The notes under the pieces: generated by a model
The model's input: the letters and a program-made list of their open reading frames with translations, nothing else
Told to the model about the DNA's origin: nothing
The model's database searches: none
From: Octopus sinensis
Taxonomy: Eukaryota
NCBI RefSeq assembly: GCF_006345805.1
Contig: NC_043000.1
Coordinates: 71,486,001 to 71,550,000, forward strand
Direction of reading: 5' to 3'
Length of the DNA: 64,000 bases
Made by a program: the position numbers and the translations under genes
In this document: in pieces, positions 1 through 12,688 of the stretch
How the letters are laid out: every line of letters starts with the position of its first letter
Numbering within the stretch: the first letter of the stretch is position 1

Positions 1-284
1 ATAACAGACAAACTTTCCTCAAATCACACACTGTCATCTTGAAACTGGAAATATACATTAAATAAAATAGTCCCATATACACTACCTGAAATAAAATGCA
101 AAAAGGTCAGCTCATTCAGGCCTCACCTAGCACAAAACAACATTAGCATCACTGACATATTTAATAGGATGTCTACCATTGCATGTGTTACAAATCCAAG
201 TCATAAAACACCAGCCAATCTGTTATATAGTGCCTGTGTTACCTACTGTACATCTAAAGCAAGATTGATTGTGTCATTTCATCA

Positions 285-1312
285 TCATCATTTAATGTCT
301 TTGTTCCACACTGGCACGGCTTGGACAGTTTGATAAGATCATATGAGCTGGAGGACTGTGCTGAGCTCCAATGTCTGCTTTAGTATGGTTTCTATAGCTA
401 GATGTCCTTAGAATACACTGGGTGCTTTTTTTTGTGACACTGGCACTAGTGAGATCAAGAAACTAGCAAGACAAGGCTCCTCAGCTGAGTGAGAGAGCAG
501 GTGGTTTTGTGTCAGGTATTCAGAGGCTAAAGTGTGAGAGAGAATAGGAACAGGTATCTTGCTGTAGAGGAGATACATGGTTAGAACAGCTGAAAAGGGA
601 GAAAGGATGATGGAGATAAGGAGTCAGGGCATACTCTTAATGTACAAGACAGTAAATATAAGATAAAATAAGGACAAAAAAGAAAATGAAGATGGTTGGA
701 GGGTAGGTTTGCGAGGTAGAAGATAGTTAGAGATGGGGACAGAGCTGAGTGTACTGAATGGTGAACACAGGTGGAGAAATGGTCAACGGTGAATCTCATT
801 TGGATGGGGGGTGTCAGGGAGGAGAAAGTAATAAGTAGCAGTACATAGGGGTAGGTGAGGGCAGTGGAAAACAACAGTATAATAAAACCATAGATGAAAA
901 ATATGGAGATGATGTGAAGTGGTGGGGAGAGAGAGAGAAGGATGCAGTGGCAGAGGTTAGAGGTACATAGGGATTGATATAGCAAGTGACAAATGAGTGG
1001 TTGGGATTGGAGATAAATATAAAAGGGCATTTAATGAAAAATAAAGTGGTAAGAGATGATATAGGGAATACAGGATGGGTAACAAGAAAAATGGTTCCAA
1101 GTGGAAAGAGAACTGGTTGCACAAAAGATGGGAATGAAATATGTGCAGTTCTGCTCTCATGTAAATAGTGCCATTGCTGGAAGTGAACTGGAGAGATGGG
1201 TGTGATGGAGATGGGTTGTGAAGAAAGCTTGACAAGTACACATTGGCTGTAGGGCCATAAACATTTATGATATGCATTTAGGACCTCATTTTTGTTGAGG
1301 TGGACAGATCTT
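285..1312 (-). mobile_element. Old RTE LINE 3' remnant: (GAT)n tail, conserved 3' end and long pyrimidine-rich 3' UTR
   Basis: Reverse of the RTE tail at ~285-430 (catcatcatcatttaatgtc...). The purine-rich block shares gtatcttgctg(t/c)agaggagatac and atgatatgc(a/t)tttaggacctcatttt with 32890-33640. Boundaries approximate. Confidence 0.6.
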
Positions 1313-3659
1313 TCACATTTCCAATGACAACATATAAACTATAGTCACCAAGGTGGCATTTTATCAATTTATCCTGTAGCAACTTTCACAACAGATGAAA
1401 TGAAAGATTAGACAACTGAAAAGAACATAACTTTTTTGATACTTAAAACATGGAACACGTTGTGAGAAAAATAGTGACTTAAGTCTGAAAGTAGTGATTG
1501 TGGACCTCAGAATTATCTTTTGACAATATGATAAAAAAGAAACATCTTAAAAATCAGTTGTTTCAAATGGTGTATGTGCAAACATACCACAGAAAAACTA
1601 AAGCAAATATTGCTGTTCCTTGCTAAAGACGCAATATTTTAACTGGTATAATGGAACTGCATTCTATCTCCAATGAAACATTTATAAGATTTATTGGTTG
1701 TATATTCTTTGAACGATATTAATACTTGCTTATTCATGATCCAAGAACGCTGGCAGAAGGTAAAAAAAAAGGTCGTTGTACTGTGTGTATTAAAGATATA
1801 TACATAGCTTAATGCTACTTCCCTCTGATTAAAACTGATTATGATTAATCTTTAATCTTCCCATTTTGGACTCTAGAGTTCCAAGAGTATCACATATGAA
1901 AAATTTTTAATAATTAATCATTTTTTTATAAACTCATTTTTAGATAATAGGGTATTTTAGGGCAAAATAATGTCAAATTACTCTGTGGAAGAAACCAGAG
2001 ACAGATGTTCACACAATTTCTACAGTAGTTTGAAGAAGATTGTTTGATATTTTGAATGCAATATATGTCTTGGGATCAAATATGAGAGAGCATATACAGT
2101 TATTTTTTATATTTCCATTTTAAAAACATTTTTGTTTTACCTTTGTAATATACATTGACCCATGGAGTTGCCATACATAGAACAATAATTAACTAATGTT
2201 TATTTTGTTTATGCACACACACACACACTTTTATTGTCCTCACTTATTTTAAGCCTCTTTCTTTGAAACATAATACTGAAATCAGAAATATTAAGGGAAA
2301 CACACAGTGACCAGTACTTTACCTGTTCATAATTTCAAGCTTGACATTTAAGAAACTATAGCAAAATATTACATAGAAAATACATGATAACTGCCAACAA
2401 GAAAAAGCATCCTGAGTGTACCATTCTAACTGCTAACTACATCAGAAAATCGATTTTTCGAGCAGTGTACTAAAGGGATCTGCACCCTTGCCTATTCTTT
2501 TAATTTATACCTACATGACTTATACTTGCATCTCCACACACTAACAGCCTCATATGCAGATAGCATTACTTTCACATCCTCTTATTATTCCACATACATT
2601 TCTGCACAACTATTTCAACACTATTTAAATCAAGAAACTCAGTGCCACAACAACAGACTTAAAGTAGCACCAACTACACCCATTGTCTTGTTTTTTTACC
2701 AGCAGCACCAGAGGAGAAATACAACCAACCATCATACTCAAGAACAGAAACATACCACACACACACACACAGAAAACAGAACTACTAGGAGTTACAGACA
2801 TCTCCTTCACTACATTCACAACACATAGAATACATAACAAAGAAAGCAAAACAATGTACAAACATAGGGCAATCACAAGTATCACATTTAGTCAATAGAA
2901 AGAAACAGCAATGGAGTATACATAATATAAATAATACAATTATTCATCATGAACAAAGCTAGTTTTGCCTGGGCCTCAGTCATTTTACAATAAACTACAA
3001 ACAATACAAAACAGCACACTTCACACAATAATAGGTTTTATACACACACATATAAATAATAGCAACATCTATGGTCTCACTGACCCTAAACTATGCCAGG
3101 ATGCTCATCACCAACAATACATACAGAGGAGTTTGCTTTCAATGTAACTACTACTAGAATTTATGGTGTAAAGATATAAACTGACTGGTGAAGACATTAT
3201 GTCTATATCATATTTCTCTCTATCCAATTTATCACATGCAATAGTATGTTGTATAGTCCTCAGTTAGATAAAGACATAGTATAACCAGACTTGTGGGTTG
3301 CATTCTGTCATTCAGTTGATTACCCGCACAGCATAGGACCGCTCAATCAAGGATGGCCAGGGACAACAACAACTAGAGATAATTTCAATATTTATGTATG
3401 TTTTAAAGAGTAAAGAACAAGTAAACTCTTAATGTGAAGCATCTATGGTTGAGCTCTTACTCAGACCCAATCCTTTCACTCATATTAACACCCATGAAAG
3501 TGATGAATGTCATATTGCATTTGTGTAAGCTAAGGTAGCTAAGTGGATAAAGTACAGGACTTTATCTGCTTAAAGAACCTGGGTTCAAATTTCCTACAGG
3601 TTTTTGGTTGTTTCTTAGCAAAACACATTCGTCGCTGTTTCATTGCATTTAGCTTTTAT

Positions 3660-3855
3660 CTTTCTTTCACTCATTAGACTGTGGCCATGTTGGGCAATAC
3701 TTTGAAGAATTTTAGTCAAATGAATTGACCCCAGTACTTATTTTTTTAAGCCTAATATTTTTGGTTGCTTTTGCCAAGCTGCTGCATTATGGGTACATAT
3801 ACACACCAATACCAGTTGTCCAGCAGTGTTTGGGGACAAACACAGACACACACAC
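3660..3855 (-). mobile_element. Partial SINE (3' half of the family at 39539)
   Basis: gactgtggccatg...ttgccaagctgctg...acacacc...gacaaacacagacacac matches the copy at 33945-34312. Confidence 0.55.
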
Positions 3856-3892
3856 AATATATATATATATATATATATATAACAATAATATT

Positions 3893-6800
3893 TTCACACT
3901 GAAAGGTAGGTCTGGCGAGATAGTTGAGATGCTTGAACGGAGACGTGTGGATATATGTTGCATGCAAGAAGTAAGGTGGAGAGGAGGTTCTGCTAGGTTC
4001 CTCACAGGCAAGGAACACAGGTACAAGATTTTCTGGGCAGGGAACACTGACGGGGTTGGAGGCGTGGGTATACTTATCGCTGAGAAATGGGTAGATAAAG
4101 TAATTGAGGTAATCAGAGTATGCGACAGAATACTTAAGATTAGATTAGCGCTTCATCATAGTATAGCAACCATTATATCAGCCTATGCTCCTCAGTCGGG
4201 GCTACCTGATGGACAGAAAGACCGATTCTATGACACTCTACTGCAGACTACCTCGTTGACGAACGACAGAGACCTTCTCTTTGTGGCTGGTGACTTCAAT
4301 GGTCACGTTGGACGACATGGTGGGGGCTTCCACGGCGTACATGGAGGCTATGGCTCTGGTTCCCGCAACGAGGAGGGAACCAGGCTGCTGGAGTTCTGTG
4401 ATGCAAATAATCTTATGATTTGCAACACTAACTTCAGGAAACCTACCAGCCACCTAGTCACCTACCGATCGGGCCAACATACCAGCCAAATTGACTACAT
4501 CCTTGCCAGGCAAAGGGAGAGATGGCTACTTATAAATGCCAAAACCTTCCCAGGTGAAGAATGCACCCCACAACATAGACTGGTAGTTAGTGACTTTAGG
4601 ATCAGGAGTAGGAGGACAACCAGAAGACGACCAACATGGAGAAGAAGGATCTGGAAGCTTAAGGATCCTGTGAATGGACAGAGATTTAGAGACATGTTAC
4701 TTGAAGCCTTTGACAAAGTAGAAGGGGATAGAGTATCACATGGGGTAGAGGACAACTGGACGTTTCTAAGGGACAACCTGCTGAGAGCCACTGACCAGAT
4801 CTGTGGCTGGTGCAAAGTCCCCTCTCGTCCCAAGGTAACGTGGTGGTGGAACAGTGTCGTAGACAGGGCTATTAGAGAAAAGAGACAGACTTGGAAGCAC
4901 TGGAAGAATGGTGGTAGCAGGGAATTGTATCAGACTGCTAAAAGGGAAGCTAGGAGACAGGTCTATCTAGCCAGAGGGGAAGCAGATAAGAAAAAATTTG
5001 CCAATGTTCTGCGCCGTGAGGACCAAAGACTGGAGGTGTTTCGCGTTGCAAGACAGTGTGTGAGAGAGAATTGTGATGTGGTGGGAGAGAAGTGTGTTCG
5101 CATGGAAGATGGTTCACTTGCGCTAAACGAGGATGCAAAGAGAGAGGCTTGGAGACGCCACTATGAAAGGTTGCTGAATAAAGAAAATGAATGGGATAAA
5201 GAGAGTCTGCCGAACGTTGACCCAACAGAGGGACCAGCTATCAGGGTTGATAGTTCCTTAGTAGCTAAGGCAATTAGAAGCATGAAGACAGGGAAAGCCC
5301 CAGGCCCATCAGGTATCACCGCAGAGATGCTCAAAATATCTGGTAGTGTCGGCTATAGCCTAGTCACCTGTATAGTTAATCAGGTGATACATGAAGGAGT
5401 CATACCCAATGACTGGTGTAGCAGCATAATAGTCAACTGCTACAAAGGTAAAGGTGATGCCCTAGATACAAATAATTACAGAGGTATCAAGCTGTTGGAT
5501 CAGGTGATGAAGGTTACAGAGAGGGTCATAAGCCAACTAATTAGAGAGAGAGTTAGTTTAGATGAAATGCAGTTTGGTTTCGTGCCAGGGAAAAGTACCA
5601 CTGATGCTATATTCCAGGTAAGGCAGCTGCAGGAGTAATACCTAGCCAAAGATAAGCCCCTGTACCTGGCTTTTGTTGACATGGAGAAAGCCTTCGACAG
5701 GGTCCCCCGATCCCTCATATGGTGGTCAATGAGGAAACTAGGAATAGATGAATGGTTAGTGAGAGCTGTGCAAGCCATGTACAGGGACGCTGCTAGTAAG
5801 GTGAGGGTTGGCAATGAGTACAGTGAAGAATTCCGGGTAGAGGTAGGGGTCCACCAAGGCTCAGTCCTCAGCCCCCTCCTATTTATCATAGTCCTCCAGG
5901 CAATAACGGAGGAATTCAAGACAGGATGCCCCTGGGAGCTCCTCTATGCTGATGACCTTGCTCTAATTGCTGAGTCATTATCAGAACTGGAGAAGAAGTT
6001 TCAGGTGTGGAAGCATGGTTTAGAATCGAAGGGCCTTAGAGTCCACCTAGCTAAAACCAAAGTCCTAATAAGTAGGAAGGTAGACAAATCACAAACGCCT
6101 TCAGGTAGATGGCCCTGCTCGATCTGTAGAAAAGGTGTAGGTAGAAACTCTATAAGATGCACCAAGTGTAAGCTATGGACACATAAGAGGTGCAGCAATG
6201 TCATAGGAAGGCTAACTAGGAAGATGGTTTTTGTATGTGGCAGATGCTCGGGAGCATTAACCTCTGAAAATCTGCAGAAAACAACTTCCGTCACTTTCCA
6301 GGGGGAAAAACTAGAAGTAGTTGATAGCTTCCGTTATCTTGGTGACCAAGTCAGTAGTGGGGGTGGGTGTGCTGAAAGTGTAACGGCTAGAGTAAGAATA
6401 GCCTGGGCAAAGTTTAAGGAGCTCTTACCTCTGTTGGTGACTAAAGGCCTCTCGCTCAGAGTAAAAGGCAGACTGTATGATGCATGTGTACGAACAGCCA
6501 TGCTACATGGCAGTGAAACATGGGCCGTGACTGCTGAGGACATGCGTAAGCTCGCGAGAAATGAAGCTAGTATGCTCCGTTGGATGTGTAATGTCAGTGT
6601 TCATAGTCTAGAGTGTAAGTACCTTGAGAGAAAAGTTGGACCTAAGAGGAATCAGATGTTGTGTGCAAGAGAGACGATTGCGCTGGTATGGTCATGTGGC
6701 GAGAATGGATGAAGATAGGTGTGTGAAAAAGTGCCACACCCTGGCAGTTGAGGGGACCTGTGGAAGAGGTAGACCCAGGAAAACCTGGGTCGAGGTGGTG

Positions 6801-6899
6801 AAGCACGACCTTCGAACTCTAGGTCTCACCAAGGAAATGACCAGAGACCGAGACCTATGGAAGTATGCTGTGAGTGAGAAGACCCGGCAAAACCAGTGA
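3893..6899 (+). pseudogene. Disrupted EN-RT ORF of the RTE LINE
   Basis: In-frame TAA at 5636-5638 in QLQE*YLAKDKP (K in the copy at ~24380). A 2-bp deletion near 6608 relative to the 60-kb copy (catagtctagagt vs catagtcgacagagt) shifts the frame. The ORF-track start at 3725 runs through SINE/microsatellite and is not the real start. Confidence 0.9.
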
Positions 6900-6944
6900 G
6901 AACAATCAAAATCAAATCATATATCAGAAAGCAGGGGTTAAGTG

Positions 6945-7436
6945 ACCCATCCGTTCGTGTCCGCTGTCAGCCTCGTCTGGCACCCGTGCCGGTGATACGT
7001 AAAAGCACCATTCGCTCGTGGCCGTTTGCCAGCTCTGTCTGGCCCCGTGTGGGTGGCACGTAAAAGCATCATCCGTTCGTGTTCGTTGCCAGCCTCGCCT
7101 GGCCCCGTGCCGGTGACACGTAAAAGCACCGTCCGTTCGTGGCCGTTTGCCAGCTCTGTCTGGCCCCGTGTCGGTGGCACGTAAAAGCACCATCCGTTCG
7201 TGTCCGTTGCCAGCCTCGGCTGGCCCCCGTGCCGGTGACACGTAAAAGCACCTTCCGCTCGTGGCCGTTGCCAGCCTCGGCTGGCCCCCGTGCCGGTGAC
7301 ACGTAAAAGCACCGTCTGTTCGTGGCCGTTGCCAGCATCGCCAGCCCCGTGCCGGTGACACGTAAAAGCACCATCCGTTCGTGGCCGTTCACCAGCTCTG
7401 TCTGGCACCTGTGCAGGTGGCATGTAAAAAACACCC
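6945..7436 (+). repeat. Tandem array, 8 units of ~60-61 bp, in the LINE 3' UTR
   Basis: gtaaaa(g/a) anchor recurs at about 6999, 7060, 7120, 7181, 7242, 7303, 7362 and 7424. Confidence 0.95.
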
Positions 7437-7689
7437 ACTACACTCGCGGAGTGGTTGGCGTTAGGAAGGGCATCCAGCTGTAGAAACACTGCCAGATCTG
7501 ACTGGGCCTGACGAAGCCTTCCAGCTTCACAGACCCCAGTTGACCCGTCCAACCCATGCTAGCATGGAAAGCGGACGCTAAACGATGATGATGATGATGA
7601 TGAATATAATAAATAAATAAAATATATGCATATATACATACACATATGTACATACTTACATCTATATGTATATATACATGCATATATAT

Positions 7690-8320
7690 ATATATGAGTA
7701 CAGGACACCACAAATAAACGTAGAACACGAGAAACAAAAACATAAAATCAAACAAGGAAACGGACTTTTTTTAACAACGAAAAAACAGAGTACAGGACAA
7801 ACAATACAAGGAAAATTCCCCTTCATCAGCTGCCTCTGGTTCGACTCAATGCGTGTTTCGAAGGTAAGGGCAGAACACGGCCAGGCCGAAGCAGTCCTTC
7901 CTGCAAAAGGAATTAAATAAAATTCTTTTGCACAAGTGACAAGAACAGAACGTAAAAGCAATACAAATGAAGAAAAAACAGTAGAAAAAACAGTACAAAT
8001 AAAGAATAACAGGACAGGGAACCAACAATAAGGGCTTTTTTAGGCCTAGACGGTGGAAAAAATAGTTAGAACGCATGTGAAAAATCAGCCTGCGAAAGAC
8101 AGGGAAGTCAATGTATGCTTGTTGAAAGCACGGAGCTGAAAGAAAGTTTTAGTAGCACTCCGGTCAACGGCCAGAGAGAGGAGGAGGAGGAGGAGAGAGA
8201 GGGGGGAAAAGAAACCAGAAAGGGTGAAAAATAAGAAGGAGAGAGACAAGTAGAGAGGAAGACAGACAGGCAGGGAGAAAAAGTCAAGTAAAAAGTAAGA
8301 GTGCGCGTCATGATTATTCA
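7690..8320 (-). repeat. Dispersed repeat, probably a Penelope-like pseudo-LTR (homolog at 14870-15560)
   Basis: Shares gtacaggacacca, agagtacaggacaaa and acaaggaaaattccccttc with the reverse complement of 15300-15500. Class assignment is inference. Confidence 0.6.
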
Positions 8321-8903
8321 AATAAAAACTTACTTGGAGAAGAGAAACAACGTGTGCGTTTGGTCATATATACAGTCTGTTGGGAATATTACCAAATACT
8401 TGGAAATATAACCTCCAGTAGACTGGTATCTTTTGCACAGAGAGAGAAAGATTTATCTTTCATTCATTAGCATTTTGAAGCATGCATTAATGCTACAAAA
8501 ATGTTAATAAGAATTGGCTCTTCAGTTTTATGTCTCCTATACATATTCTTCTATAGACCATCATCGTTTTAATGTTTAATTTTCCATGCTTGCATAGGTC
8601 AGATGGGACTACATTGGGATAGAGGTTTCAATGGCCAAATACTCTTCTTGATGCCAACCTTCACTTGCTTTCAAGCAAGATAATAATACTCCAATCAATT
8701 GAACAATGAACAACCTGGACACAGGCACACATAGAATTCAAAACAAATAACACCATTTGAATGAGTTTTTCCTTTCCAAAGATCATGCAATATGTCAAGA
8801 AGCTCCAATTTGCTTTTGCAGTGAACTGCAAACAAACAACAGTGTGTGAACCCTGAGGCTTTTGTTTACAATCAGTGAAGACACACATTGAAATATATGG
8901 AAC

Positions 8904-9134
8904 TGAAATAATCACAAAAAACAAATTATTGATATTCTAAGATCTTCATTTTGATTGTTTCAATGATTTTATTAAAATCATATATTTTTCAAAACCATTT
9001 CATCACACATAGTTTCCAAAATATTTTGAAAATGTTTTCTGATGAAATGGTTTTGTATAATTTTCAAAAAATAACCAAAATGATCATAATAAAGGGCATG
9101 AAATATCGATAATTTATTTTCTGTGATTATTTCA
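8904..9134. repeat. Imperfect ~230-bp palindrome (fold-back/MITE-like)
   Basis: tgaaataatcaca (8904) pairs with tgtgattatttca (ends 9134); caaaaccatttcatca (8990) pairs with tgatgaaatggttttg (9040); central caaaatattttg palindrome. Confidence 0.8.
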
Positions 9135-9189
9135 ATTTACTGAGGCTCTTCTACATTATAGCCAAATTCCAAATACAAATGAACCGATT

Positions 9190-9450
9190 TACTGCTTGAG
9201 AAGACTCATCAAGTCAAGTGAAACCATAGTTGTGGTCAGTGCCATTGACGCATAAAAGTACCAGTGCTGCTGACACAAAGAGCACCCACTCTCCCTTGGA
9301 ATGGTTGGTGTTAGGAAGGGCATCCAGTTGTATAAACCGAGCTAAAGTCAGACTGGATCCTGGTGCAGCTCACTGGCTTGCCAGTTCTAATGAAACTGTC
9401 TAACCCATGCCAGCATATAAAGTGGACATTAAATGAAGATATGATGATGC
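9190..9450 (+). mobile_element. RTE LINE 3'-end fragment
   Basis: ttgagaagac...ggttggtgttaggaagggcatccag...aacccatgccagcat...gatgatg matches the tail of 3893-7603. Confidence 0.75.
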
Positions 9451-10991
9451 AGCTTTATATACTGTTAAATGTGCAATAGTGGAGTATGGGAGCTAAATGT
9501 GATTTGAATATTGAGCCCAAATTCTTAAGGTAATGTGTTGTATATTAAAGCACATCATCAAGCATGTCTGCATGCATGGCATACATACATATGTATCACT
9601 CACAAGGTATTAGTCAACTTTCAACTATAGTACAGGACACTAGAGAATAACCACCACACACAGACTAAAACTTCAACAGTAGTATAGATCATTTGACCCT
9701 GGTTCTGTGACCCTCCTGTCATATTACCCTAAAATTTAACAGTGAAACAACCCAATCACTTCCATTTACTTATTCTATATGAATTACTATAAATGATGTA
9801 TTTTTAGCTTCTGAACATCATTAATATTCAGAAATTAGGAGAGATCTGAAAATGGAATCATGTTATGTAAAGAGTTTATGGGAAAAAATGAAATACAGGA
9901 AAATGAAAACAAATTTTTAAAATTCAATAGAATAATTGATGTCATATCATACAGGGCGAAACATATTAGTTTTACATGTTGTAACAAGTTATACTAGAAA
10001 ACATAATTTAATGTAGCACATGATAATGAACGAGGTACATAGATATGACGTCATGGGCTGGAATACTCTACATTATTAAAATAACATGCAATGCAGTAAA
10101 TGACATAAAATGCTGCATGAGACAATGTGACATATGTAATATGGTGCATGAGATATTCAAATGATTTTGATGATAGAAGGTAGTAAATGATGCTGATGCA
10201 ATGTGATACATGATATAAATTATCAAAAGTGGTGATATATATTTTGATGTAGTGTGATGAATAAAATGAAAAGTAGTACAAAGTATGATAAGGTATATGA
10301 TAAAATGGGATGTATTGAATAAATTTGGCATGTGAAGTAATGTTGCATGTAACATGGCAGTGAATATAAAGTCTTTTGAAACAGAGTTCTCTTTTTTTCT
10401 TTTGGGGCTTTATTAAGAATACTATAGAAAAAGCTAACATGAAGAGTTTACAGCATGAAAGAGCTTTTCCAGTCTAATACAGTTTTCAGAAGGGAATTAC
10501 TAGTTATAAAAATAAAAGAACATACAGATGTATTGATATAAACATAATACAAAGAATTAATATTTTTAGCAACAAGCTGACAAAAGCAGGCACAAAATTA
10601 GCATGAATTAAACCTTTAATAAATTTATTAATAAAAAAAAATTCAAGAAAAGACAAATTTTGCTTTGAAAGACTGCTGGTGGGTGAATTTTTAAACACAG
10701 CAACTATATCATTGAAAATAATATGAAATGTTATACCAAAGTTCAGGAATAAATGGAGTTTCCTTTTCTTTGCATGATATGTTGAAGTGCTAAGATTGTT
10801 CCATTTCAAAAAGAAAAAGAATTTCATGTTTTTTTTTTTTTTTTCACTAATGAAAGGCTTTTATTTATACAACTGCAGACCTACATTCTGCTCCAAGTCA
10901 CTTTTCTCCATGATTCAACCAACAGAAAATTTTAATTTATACAACTGACCATTGCCATATGTCCAAATGTGGTTGAAATGGATCTTTTTAT

Positions 10992-11214
10992 TTATACAAC
11001 AGCAGCACTGCACCCAGCACGAGGAATAATCATGCTGCTAATATATGTCCATTGATCTGTGTCAGGATCATACATCTCAGCAGTTCGTAGGCGACAAGAT
11101 CCATCAAAACCTCCTAATACATATATTCGTCCATCAAATACTGTGACCCCAGGCCAAGCTCTTGACGTATTCATTGATGCAATGTTGTTCCACTGTCGAG
11201 TAACGGTATTGTAT
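10992..11214 (-). CDS. Kelch-repeat (KLHL-type) protein, terminal coding exon
   Basis: Acceptor ttttgaag| then (R)YNTVTRQWNNIASMNTSRAWPGVTVFDGRIYVLGGFDGSCRLRTAEMYDPDTDQWTYISSMIIPRAGCSAAVV*. Kelch GG...Y...W...M...R motifs. Phase 2 matches the upstream exon. Confidence 0.93.
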
Positions 11215-12437
11215 CTTCAAAAATAAAATAACAAATGAATAAAACTGTGAAGGATATTTTAATTGAATTTTAATATATGGGAAACAGAATACAGGCATAT
11301 TGGGAAACTTAACAACTTTGAAAATCTATTCTGCAGTCATATAAATATTAGTTTTTTTGTATAGATTAAAAATTCTTTCTTCTCATAGTTTTTTGCAGTA
11401 GAGTTTATGATATATGAAAGATACAGGCTAATTTTATGACTACATTATAATGTGTTACTTGATGTTACTGGCAGATGAGTCACTATCTAAATACGTTTCA
11501 TGATAAATGAATTAAAAATTACAGACCATTTTTTTACAACTAACTCTACTTACTTTCTTGGATCTCCTAGCAAAATCGTTCATCTGCAGTCTAAGTCCTT
11601 TTCTTTCACTTGGAAGTTCCTTGTTAGACTGCTCTGTTGCAATGTGTGAGGTACAATACTCAAGTAAAAAATGAGCAGAAACGGTAAAAGCTGATCTCAA
11701 AAGGCTGCACCTCACAAAAGATGACAAAGGACTGACTGCAATAAGCAGAGAGATGCCATATGCTGGAGAAGACCAGCCAAGCTACGCAAGCATTGAAAAA
11801 ATGTAAAATAACAATGATGATGATGAACCAGAAAACAATTTAAATATAATGCCAGTGGAATTGATAGGATATCAGTTGTGGGTTTTTCATGAACAGAAGG
11901 CAGATGGAAATCATACTTCATGTAAATATATAGCTAAATCAAGGTGAAATAACATTAGCAGATAGCTGCAGATGTTACTTTTACCTTTTTATGTGTCACA
12001 GCCCAAAGGCTGAGGCCATGTTGGGGCACCACAATTATTAAATTTTTTTTTTTACTCATCTTATGGTTCGAGTAAACAGTTACTTATATTGACAGAAATG
12101 TAAGTAGAATATGACAGACAGATTGACTGACTGACTGATTGATTGATTGATTGATTGATTGCCCCTTCAATACCAACTTGTGGATTTTTACATCTGAAGA
12201 ATCAAATGTTTCAGAAAAATATGCAATTTCATCATACAATTTTAAAAATAACTGTAGAATGTCCATGGGTGCAGCTAGTAGTAATTAACAGCATAACAGA
12301 AAATACCCACTAATATAGATATTCTTCATTAAGCTTCCAATATAACTTCAAGTAAAAATCCTACACCTCACTTTTTGGAGATACGTAGAAAATTCTTTAA
12401 GCTTAAACTTTGTTAAAAAACCTGTAAAATACCATAC

Positions 12438-12630
12438 CTTTCAACAATATCAAAATAACGATCTGTATGCCGACAGCGTCCCCCAAAAGCATAAATATAA
12501 TGGTCTATTGCCATGAGCACTAGTCCTGAACGTGGTTTCTCCATTTCTGCAACTAATGTCCATTCTTCGGTTTCAGGATCAAAACATTCAACACTTGCCC
12601 TATCCATGTGCAAAGATTTGTCATAACCTC
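12438..12630 (-). CDS. Kelch-repeat protein, penultimate coding exon
   Basis: ctgtttacag| (G)GYDKSLHMDRASVECFDPETEEWTLVAEMEKPRSGLVLMAIDHYIYAFGGRCRHTDRYFDIVE(R) |gtatgg; phase 1 in, phase 2 out. Confidence 0.93.
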
Positions 12631-12688
12631 CTGTAAACAGAAAACAAGAAATCTCAATGGCAGTATTAGTAAAAAATTCATCTTTTAA

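Larger units (their letters stand above)
3893..7603 (+). mobile_element. Young RTE-clade LINE, nearly full length, 5'-truncated at the start of the endonuclease
   Basis: APE endonuclease (CMQEVRW, SAYAP, AGDFNGH, QIDYIL), RT (KAFDRV, GVHQGSVLSPLLF, LLYADD, FRYLG), C-terminal RRLRWYGHV and GRPRKTW, 3' UTR repeat array and (GAT)n tail. Confidence 0.95.

Noticed and set aside
581-1277. Hydrophobic minus-strand ORFs
   Set aside because: Low-complexity pyrimidine-rich LINE UTR with no conserved frame in the homologous copies.
3725-3892. Signal-peptide-like N-terminus of the 637-aa ORF
   Set aside because: Read-through of a reverse SINE fragment and (TA)n upstream of the truncated LINE, from a TTG start.
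6945-7436. CRISPR-like appearance of the regular ~60-bp arrays (also 61360-61848)
   Set aside because: The segments between anchors are homologous to each other rather than unique spacers, there are no cas genes, the context is eukaryotic, and the arrays lie in a LINE 3' UTR.
6924-7552. Long minus-strand ORFs (121-204 aa) over the array, and 61339-61964
   Set aside because: They arise from GC-rich tandem repeats lacking stops; frames are not preserved between the two copies.
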